A stretch of DNA of 64,000 nt, from positions 4,032,001 through 4,096,000 of the forward strand of contig OZ244170.1 of the NCBI GenBank assembly GCA_965216565.1, given 5' to 3'. The DNA is from Bythopirellula sp. (GTDB taxonomy: Bacteria > Planctomycetota > Planctomycetia > Pirellulales > Lacipirellulaceae). Positions 57,002 to 64,000 of the stretch are shown piece after piece (the stretch's first letter is position 1; each line of letters opens with the position of its first letter). The notes below the pieces were generated by a model, which worked only from the letters and a program-made list of their open reading frames with translations, did no database searches and was not told the origin of the DNA. Made by a program: the position numbers and the translations under genes.

Positions 57002-57037
57002 AGGACCTACTCATTTTCAGGTGAATTTATGCACTTA

Positions 57038-58174
57038 CTAAACCGTGACGGCATCCGGGCTTTCATTATGTAGAGCTTTTGGCTTTTCGATTCCGCCGAG
57101 GGCCAGATCTATTCCCAATTCGCAGATCTCTCGATGATCTTCTTCAGCTAGCCCCGCTGGTAACACGACGCGGATGCCCGATTCATTGCAGTGAGCGATG
57201 ATTCTGCCGAGCCGCTCCTTGCTGCGAGGATTCGTAGTAATTCTGCGAGCGACTGAAGGCGATAGAACTAATAGATCGGGCGAGATGTCCGCCATGCTGT
57301 CGATGCACGTAGCACCGCCTGTAAATGTATCGAATGCCAATTCAGCACCAAGTGATTTCAATTCCGAACACAGTTTAACTGTTTCCGGCGATTGCACTGC
57401 CCATTCCCAGTGAAGCAATACACCCAGTCGACGTTCGCTGGAAAGACATTCCTGGGCCAATTCGAATGCACGACACAACCGGCGGTCGAGTCCGGCATGG
57501 AGGTCAAATCGCAGGAAGAGTTTGCCTTCCGTTGAGATCGAGTCCGCGTGTCGAGCAGCAATCATCCAAGCTAGTTGCTGTAAACGCGAAGGCGTCGAAT
57601 GCGGATCACAATGCGTACATTCTTGCAACTGAGACGCGATCGATTCTCCGATTGAGATGAACGCACCTTGGTGAGAACCAGAATGGACGTCAACAAGACG
57701 GGACCGACAAAGTGGAACTGTCTGCCAAAGCAGTGTTTCGTTCAATGATCGTTGAGTCGATAGGATGGCGAGGTCTTCATCTTTCTCATCGGTTCGCTTC
57801 TTTCCCGCCAAAGGCTGCGTAACCATTCGTTCCAGGCCACTCGCTTTACGATCCGCACAGCGAAAGGTCAGTTCCATTTCACCAATGCGAACCGTATCGC
57901 CGTCTTCCAAGAAGACGCTATCGATTGGTTCCCCGTTAACATCTGTCCCATTGGTGCTTTTCAAGTCTTCGAGTTGAAAACCCTCGACACATCTCGTGAG
58001 CCGCGCATGTTCTCTCGACACACTCGTAGAATTCACCTTTAGCTTCGTGTCGTCGCCCCGCCCGATGACAAAAGGGTATTCTTCGATGACGACCGTCCTC
58101 AGTACTTGACTGTTGGCCGGATAATATTCGAGACGAGGTCGATCGTCGTTCTCGCTGCGCAAGGTAGGTGTCAC
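57038..58174 (-). CDS. FHA domain + degenerate EAL domain protein
   Basis: IGR..VSREHA..DLKSTNGT FHA motifs; C-terminal LKSLGAELAFDTF..PDLLVL..GIDLALG EAL-like fold with no EAL motif. Confidence 0.78.
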   Translation of the reverse strand: MTPTLRSENDDRPRLEYYPANSQVLRTVVIEEYPFVIGRGDDTKLKVNSTSVSREHARLTRCVEGFQLEDLKSTNGTDVNGEPIDSVFLEDGDTVRIGEMELTFRCADRKASGLERMVTQPLAGKKRTDEKDEDLAILSTQRSLNETLLWQTVPLCRSRLVDVHSGSHQGAFISIGESIASQLQECTHCDPHSTPSRLQQLAWMIAARHADSISTEGKLFLRFDLHAGLDRRLCRAFELAQECLSSERRLGVLLHWEWAVQSPETVKLCSELKSLGAELAFDTFTGGATCIDSMADISPDLLVLSPSVARRITTNPRSKERLGRIIAHCNESGIRVVLPAGLAEEDHREICELGIDLALGGIEKPKALHNESPDAVTV

Positions 58175-58419
58175 TGGATGCTTACCTTCATAGGAGGATG
58201 AGAATTCAACAGATTAGTTGATTGGGGCTGGCGGGATTTGAGTAGCTCAAACGCCAATCTACCGGCAGCCCGCAAGCCGAAAAGTTTCGTTGTTCCACAA
58301 ATAAAGCCTAGCATGTAAGCCGAGTGGTAATCCGGATTCGTTACTCAGACCTTAAGAAATAATGCTACATTTCATTTGGGCCGAAGATTTCAGCGCTACA
58401 TCTGCAAAGCGAGGTTTCT

Positions 58420-59844
58420 GTGACAACCGATACAATCGCAACATCAATTACAATCGTTTCAACAGATCATTCCGCCTTGCGGGAACTTAGTTGGACTCTC
58501 CGTTCGCTCGGTTTTGAAAGCGTCTCCTCCGCAGACTGGAGCCAGACCGCCATGTGGCGACTCTCGGATCTTCCGGGACTATTTCTCTTGGACTCTCGTG
58601 ATACGGAAGAGATCCAGGCCTGTTTGGAAGCACCCAGATCGAAGCCGTACAGATATTGCTTGGCTTTTCACGATGCAATTTCCAAGTCCGAGGCCACCAA
58701 GCTTTTAGATTCTGGGGCCGAAGACATTGTTGCTTTCCCTGGAAATACCGGAGAATTGCTGACCCGACTTCAGGCAGGATTGCGACGCATTGAATTTGAA
58801 ACAAAACTCGAGCAGCAGATGTCCAGTGATTCCGCTTCTGGTGCCACCACGGGAAGTGGTTTTGTTCGACGACTAGAGCACAAGAATAACGACAATCTAG
58901 AGCACAAGAACAACGACAATACTGAGACGACCAACGGCGTAGTCATCGTTCTTAGTATCGATCAACAGGATATTCTGTGTACGCAATTTGGCTCCCTAGT
59001 GTCAGAGATGGCCAACAAAACCCTAGCCAATTGCTTGGTTGAGCAAATGACTGATGGAGACTTCTTCGGCTCGTTGGAAGATGGCGTGTACTTGGTTTAT
59101 CTCGAGGGCAGCAAAACTAGCGAAGGGTCCCAATTCGCGGAGCTCATCGTCAATGAATTCAAAGCCCAACAGGTTCTAGCGCCCGAATTTGGAGCACGAA
59201 TTACCTTGTCGGGCACGGTCCTAGATAACGTTAATAAGACTCCCGCACAGGAGATTGTTCAACACGCATTAGAAGCTTTCCAGCAGGTAAAAGACTCTGG
59301 AGGGAATCTGATCGTCGACGCGAATGATCTAGAGCAGTACTTCTCTGCTTGGCAGCGATCGAACACCGAAGCAAATTCTGCTAATGAGACTACGGCTAAA
59401 CATATCATGGAGCCCCTGCCCTTTGTACTGACAGCGAATGATTCACACTCAAACCATTCCGAGCCTTTGCAGTTCTACACACTGCAATCTAAGGCACCCA
59501 AACCACCTTGCTCAGTGGTCGTCGATCGCGAAGCCCGGTTGCTTGGTATAGTCGAAGAATCCTATTTCGATCGGCCTGGCACAGAATCTATCCAAGATTT
59601 GGAAGAGCATATCACCCCGACTTCGGCAACAGTTGATAAGTCTTTGCCGCTGAGTGAACTTACGGACTCCCTGGCGACGGCAGGCAGCGACTATCTGATA
59701 GTTCTCGACAACGAGAAGCCCATCGGTTACATAACGCGAGACAAGCTGGCAGCAACACACTCGATATCTGTTAACCAGCAGGAACTTGCCCCACTCTTCC
59801 GAGCGGAGCACGAACTTGAAGAGTTAGTCGTACCGGCTAGCTAG
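58420..59844 (+). CDS. Pseudo-receiver + degenerate GGDEF + CBS-pair protein
   Basis: REC-like N-terminus (LFLLD, GAEDIVAFP, ELLTRL), DSASG..LSIDQ..ITLSG..VKDSGGN GGDEF-like region, AKHIM..VVD..LLGIV and VLD..PIGYIT CBS. Confidence 0.7.
   Translation: MTTDTIATSITIVSTDHSALRELSWTLRSLGFESVSSADWSQTAMWRLSDLPGLFLLDSRDTEEIQACLEAPRSKPYRYCLAFHDAISKSEATKLLDSGAEDIVAFPGNTGELLTRLQAGLRRIEFETKLEQQMSSDSASGATTGSGFVRRLEHKNNDNLEHKNNDNTETTNGVVIVLSIDQQDILCTQFGSLVSEMANKTLANCLVEQMTDGDFFGSLEDGVYLVYLEGSKTSEGSQFAELIVNEFKAQQVLAPEFGARITLSGTVLDNVNKTPAQEIVQHALEAFQQVKDSGGNLIVDANDLEQYFSAWQRSNTEANSANETTAKHIMEPLPFVLTANDSHSNHSEPLQFYTLQSKAPKPPCSVVVDREARLLGIVEESYFDRPGTESIQDLEEHITPTSATVDKSLPLSELTDSLATAGSDYLIVLDNEKPIGYITRDKLAATHSISVNQQELAPLFRAEHELEELVVPAS
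58873..58920 (+). repeat. 24-bp in-frame tandem duplication (LEHKNNDN x2)
   Basis: CTAGAGCACAAGAA(T/C)AACGACAAT twice, one mismatch. Confidence 0.9.
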
Positions 59845-59860
59845 TACATCGATGGAGTTC

Positions 59861-61576
59861 TCATTCCTCGCCGCTCATCGCCGTGAAGTAGTTGCGGACG
59901 GCATGATCTAGAATCTCCGAGGTTGCGACCTTAGGCAGCTCGTTGTATTCGCAGAAATGAGACACTTGGTCCAGCAAGTCACGCGCGTGGCACCGACGTA
60001 GCGGTCGACCACAAGTGTCGTAATGGTGGGAAATCAGATAGTTCAAGGCTTCCAAGGAACACTCCACACCAGTCTTTTGTGCAAAGACATTGAACAATTT
60101 CACAAACTCTTCCCGAGACGGTGCCCCTACTTCAATTTTGAATGGAATTCTTCGCAAGAAGGCATCGTCGGCCAAATCGTGTGGCTCTAGATTCGTCGAG
60201 AAAATAATCAACTGCTCAAAAGGAACTTCCACCTTTTTACCATTGGCAAGGCTGAGGTAGTCGATTCTGTTTTCCAGAGGCACGATCCAACGATTAAGTA
60301 GCTCGGTTGGATTGACTCGCTGCCGCCCAAAATCGTCAATCAGAAGACTTCCGCAATTGCTCTTCAATTGCAGAGATGCCTGGCTAACGTGGCTGACGGG
60401 GTCATGCTTCAGTTCCAGACTGTCCATGGTTAGTTCGCCACCCACAACTACGGTAGGTCGCCGGATGCGAATCCATCGATGGTCTTCATCGGAGGACTTG
60501 AGAAGTTTGCTAACACTAGATTCCACAGGTTCATGGCACGAAGCATCGAAGAACTTGATGATCTGACCATCTTCCACGATTGCATGCGGGACGAGAATGT
60601 TTTGGCCGAAGCAACGAGTGATCCGCTGAGCGACTGTTGTCTTGCCATTGCCTGGGGGCCCATAGATAAACATTCCTTTGCCAGCGCTAATTGCAGGGCC
60701 TAGCTGTGCAAGCATCTCAGGCTCAACATTAATGTCGGAAAAGGCCTTCTCGAGCTGAGCACATTTGGGTTTCTCCGTTCGAATTGTCTGTGCCTGCACA
60801 GAGTCGCAATAGTCGTCTAGCGGTACCGGTGCCGGCCCGGAGTAGGCACACTCTTGCATAGCAATACGAGCACGCTCGCGACCTTGATCGGTCAGCTGAT
60901 AGACGTGGTCTCCTAGTAGTGCGGAACCGGTAGGAGCGATATATTGTTTCTTTCTCAGATGCGAGAAAAGGTCTTCGAGAATGGCAAGCCTCAAACAGGT
61001 ATTATCGGAGATCTGCTTCCCGGTCAGCGATCCGGCATTTAACAAGATCTTGAGAATTAGGTCCTCGATGAGGGTGGAGTCTAACCCGGTTTCTTCCAAT
61101 GTACTCGGTTCTTCAGGAAGAAATGCATCGTCGAGCCCGAGTGCAGCAACCAAGGCCTCTTGGCTTTCTTCTCCAGACCGATTCCAAGGGCTCTCCTCCG
61201 CAGGCTCTTTGATATCGGGTTCTTTGGTTGCTGTCGCTGTGAGAGTGTCATCGCTAGTCATGGCTTGCTTCTTTTCTTTGGATTGAATTGTCAGTTTGCG
61301 GCTCAGTTGCCAGCCAAAATTTGTAAGTTCGTAATGCTTGGTCTTGGTTCCGGATCGCAGCAACTGCAACTCGACGAGTTGCGAGACCGCCTCACAGCAG
61401 TTCTTTGCATAGTCCGGATCTTGAGGGTTATACAACTTGTGCTTGCCACTACGGACAGCTGCTCCGCGAGTGTCGGAACGGCTGGCGATTTCCAGGCAGC
61501 CCCGGTTTTGGGCAGCTAATTCCAGTACGTCTTGCTCTTCCTGGCTCAGAGATTCCGGAGCTGTGAGTGTATGCAT
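59861..61576 (-). CDS. AAA-family ATPase with N-terminal winged-helix-like domains
   Basis: GPPGNGKT Walker A, LLIDDFGRQR Walker B, FSTNL, AFLRRI; likely start ATG 61576 with GGAGG RBS. Confidence 0.85.
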   Translation of the reverse strand: MHTLTAPESLSQEEQDVLELAAQNRGCLEIASRSDTRGAAVRSGKHKLYNPQDPDYAKNCCEAVSQLVELQLLRSGTKTKHYELTNFGWQLSRKLTIQSKEKKQAMTSDDTLTATATKEPDIKEPAEESPWNRSGEESQEALVAALGLDDAFLPEEPSTLEETGLDSTLIEDLILKILLNAGSLTGKQISDNTCLRLAILEDLFSHLRKKQYIAPTGSALLGDHVYQLTDQGRERARIAMQECAYSGPAPVPLDDYCDSVQAQTIRTEKPKCAQLEKAFSDINVEPEMLAQLGPAISAGKGMFIYGPPGNGKTTVAQRITRCFGQNILVPHAIVEDGQIIKFFDASCHEPVESSVSKLLKSSDEDHRWIRIRRPTVVVGGELTMDSLELKHDPVSHVSQASLQLKSNCGSLLIDDFGRQRVNPTELLNRWIVPLENRIDYLSLANGKKVEVPFEQLIIFSTNLEPHDLADDAFLRRIPFKIEVGAPSREEFVKLFNVFAQKTGVECSLEALNYLISHHYDTCGRPLRRCHARDLLDQVSHFCEYNELPKVATSEILDHAVRNYFTAMSGEE

Positions 61577-62302
61577 AGAGCGTATTCCCCTCCCCAATCA
61601 CAAAAAGTCGCTATCTAAAGCATAGCTTTTTCTAGCGGTCGGGCTTGGATCGTTTAGCTGCCCGCAGTGGAGGCGCAGAATCTACAAATCAGGGATGCAT
61701 ATGTCCCTGCTGGGTATCGCCGGTATCCTGTGACTTGCACAAAAGGACGCTTCAAGGCTGTTGTTTTCTCTAGGGCAAGGAGGGCCATTCAATCTGGCTA
61801 GAGAGTGCTATTGCACAAACCAACGTGAGCTAGAAACGGGCAGACATAGTCTCTTCCAGAGAGATTACCCGGGCGATCCACTTTGGCAGCACCTATGATC
61901 AATCACGTCTGCTTGATATCGTCTTGCGTCTCTACCACTCTGTGATTCAGTGCTAATGAGAGGATCTGGGTGAGTGACCTTCACCCCAACTTCATTGTCG
62001 CCGAGGATTTGGTTAGACGATTCCAGCTTTAGCTAGTCTTTGCAATCTGTACTGGTTGTCCTTAGGGCCTGAGAGTCCAAGTTTTGTGATTTCCGCTTTC
62101 GAAATCGGCGCCAATTGAGTTTCCTGCCTGTACAGAGCGTCTAAGATACCGAGCGTTGGGCTTAGAGCTGATCCCTGGAAAAGGTAGACATAGACTATCG
62201 AGGTAGGCATGCATGATTGCAGGTGACCAATGTTTTCGATACTATGACTATCAGTTTGAGTTTCAAGCATCACGTCTTCTTGTCCGAGAAAAAGCACCAC
62301 AC

Positions 62303-63187
62303 GTGAATTCTAAGAAGCCAACAACTTTGGCGAACTTTATTTTCGAGGACATGGCGTCTCAGATCGAATCGACGGGAAAGATCGGTTGCAAGTTAACCCT
62401 GTCGGCCATCGCATCCCATTATGATGTCAGCTTGAGTCCCGTGCGAGTTGCCGTTGAACGGCTTGTCAAATCGGGCTATTTGTCCAGCACCGAATCTGGT
62501 CGTCTAGCATTCTGCGATACTCAGAAGAAGAAAAAGAAGTCGAAACGAAAATCTGTTCCGGCACCCATTAATTACGTTGAGTTAGTTCGAACAGATGTAA
62601 TTGCAATGAGCCTAAAGGGCCAAGAGGGTTTTCTTCGGGAACAATCGGCGACCGAGCGATACGGTATCGGTAGGACCGTCCTCAGGCCAATTCTTAGTCA
62701 GCTAGCTGGTCAAGGAATCATCGAACGAATTCCCCGGAGGGGCTGGAAAATCAGACCGTTCGACAAAGACGACCTCTGCTCGTTTATCGAAGTGCGAGAG
62801 TTGCTGGAAGTCTATGCTTTGAAACTTGCCAGACCCAGACTAGCGAAGGAGAAACTGACCGCACTTCTTGAAGCCAACCAAGGCAGGAAGTTAGATGATG
62901 AGTTCATACTGAACAATAGTCTGCACGACTATTGGATCGAACTCTCTGGGAACCACTACATCCAGCGATTTTTTCACCGGGATGCGGTCTACTATCGTAC
63001 GTTGTTCGACTATGCCACGCCTGAGGCACATCTCGTGAAGAAAATGGCTGCACAGCATTGTGCCATTCTGGAATCTCTGCTCGAAAAGAAATGGGCAAAA
63101 GCTGATAAGGCGCTGCGCGAGCACATCCAAGCGCAGAAACCGATTGTTAAACTCTTGGTCGAAAAGCTAAAAGAGTCGGCCAAGTAG
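62303..63187 (+). CDS. GntR-family regulator (two HTH domains + FCD)
   Basis: IASHYDVSLSPVRVAV and ERYGIGRTVLRP..PRRGW HTHs; VRELLE..LH..SGN..QH..I..H FCD; start GTG 62303 or ATG 62213. Confidence 0.85.
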   Translation: MNSKKPTTLANFIFEDMASQIESTGKIGCKLTLSAIASHYDVSLSPVRVAVERLVKSGYLSSTESGRLAFCDTQKKKKKSKRKSVPAPINYVELVRTDVIAMSLKGQEGFLREQSATERYGIGRTVLRPILSQLAGQGIIERIPRRGWKIRPFDKDDLCSFIEVRELLEVYALKLARPRLAKEKLTALLEANQGRKLDDEFILNNSLHDYWIELSGNHYIQRFFHRDAVYYRTLFDYATPEAHLVKKMAAQHCAILESLLEKKWAKADKALREHIQAQKPIVKLLVEKLKESAK

Positions 63188-63194
63188 TAGATCC

Positions 63195-64000
63195 TCAACC
63201 AGTTGGATGAGCAGATTTCACATCGGCTCCCCTGGCAATAAGATGTCTCCTCATAACAAATACAGTCAAGCCAACTCCAATGAGTGCGAGGCTGCCGGGT
63301 TCTGGAACCGTGTTTAGTTCGGTGGACTGTGAAGATGGAATGGTTGATTGTTCCTGCCAAATGAGAAAGTCCTGACCATCGACATCGCCATCTCCGTCAG
63401 CATCTCCGTTGCCCACGTCAGCGCCAGAGACCATGCCATAGTGGGACTCCCAATATGGGAGATCAGCCCCGTTGACGGACCCATCCTCATTAAAGTCGCC
63501 TGGTATTAGTGGTGGTTCGTTAAGTTGGAAGAGCAACGCATCGAAATAAGCGAGCCGATTCGGAATAGAGTCGTTGATGGCATCAATCTGGAATGGATAG
63601 AGCGCGTCGGTGTAGCGAAGCGCGAACCAGGGCAAGATGCTTTCGGCAATGTCTTCTCTAGTTGGGTTGTCCTGGGCATAAGTCGAGATAAACGTTGGGT
63701 CAAGTTGTTGGGCAGACAACCAACCTGGAGCCGATGAATAGTAAGAGTCGTAGGATGTGTGGGCCGCTTCATGAAACAAGATCTCTTCCAAGTAACCCCC
63801 GTACTGGTCCGCTTGGTCTGTATGTATCAAGATATTGTTGTTTCCTCCACCAAAGGGTTGAAGTCCTTGGTGAACTGTCACGGAATCGACGTCTGTGCGC
63901 ATTGATGTAGGAAGTCGCCCCACGGCACGTGCGTATTTATCTGCTTCAACTGCGGCTGCCGCTGAGTCGCCGAACTCTGGATTTATTTGGATCTCTGAGT
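63195..64000 (-). CDS. PEP-CTERM-anchored zinc metallopeptidase-like protein (5' end beyond window)
   Basis: HEAAH plus REDIAE (gluzincin-like), GDFNEDGSVNGADL dockerin-like motif, VPEPGS + TM + RR; frame stays open to the window edge (SEIQINPEFG...). Confidence 0.85.
   Translation of the reverse strand, partial: SEIQINPEFGDSAAAAVEADKYARAVGRLPTSMRTDVDSVTVHQGLQPFGGGNNNILIHTDQADQYGGYLEEILFHEAAHTSYDSYYSSAPGWLSAQQLDPTFISTYAQDNPTREDIAESILPWFALRYTDALYPFQIDAINDSIPNRLAYFDALLFQLNEPPLIPGDFNEDGSVNGADLPYWESHYGMVSGADVGNGDADGDGDVDGQDFLIWQEQSTIPSSQSTELNTVPEPGSLALIGVGLTVFVMRRHLIARGADVKSAHPTG

Noticed and set aside
58206..58270. Hairpins upstream of FHA-EAL as a c-di-GMP riboswitch
   Set aside because: Stems exist (TTTGAG-TAG-CTCAAA) but I cannot see the GEMM consensus on either strand
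62013..62300. 95-aa minus-strand ORF in the intergenic region before GntR
   Set aside because: No motif or clear RBS; cannot be supported as a gene

Overview
Bacterial chromosomal window, most likely from a Planctomycetota (Pirellulales, Lacipirellulaceae-like) genome. This is inferred from N-terminal LExRxLL-type motifs, GDFNxDGxVDGxDFLxWQ motifs, a PEP-CTERM protein and an RFxLRTLL-type LRR protein. About 46 kb (1-46.4 kb) is a cell-surface and exopolysaccharide region. It holds a GT2, an LRR gene bracketed by REP-bearing direct repeats, an MsbA-like ABC exporter, a 1,572-aa surface protein with a near-perfect 1,461-bp tandem duplication, and an LPS-kinase/degenerate-GT2 fusion. It also holds an ATPase-less TolC + HlyD + GAF-HlyD + M50-peptidase-HlyD export cluster facing a cadherin-like cargo, an IS630 remnant, and a Wzx/Wzy-type EPS locus. 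The EPS locus carries an unusually rich tailoring set: D-glucuronyl C5-epimerase, UDP-GlcA 4-epimerase, sulfotransferase, deacetylase, ATP-grasp ligase, three kinase-fold proteins, a PelD-like degenerate GGDEF protein and a secreted metallophosphoesterase. Next come a photo-oxidative stress cluster (FeS-type photolyase plus furan/cyclopropane fatty-acid-like genes), a signalling cluster (Ser/Thr kinase-tubulin fusion, FHA-EAL, REC-GGDEF-CBS, AAA ATPase), a double-HTH GntR regulator and a partial PEP-CTERM metallopeptidase. No rRNA, tRNA or CRISPR array was seen. All family calls are by eye from motifs; no database searches were run.
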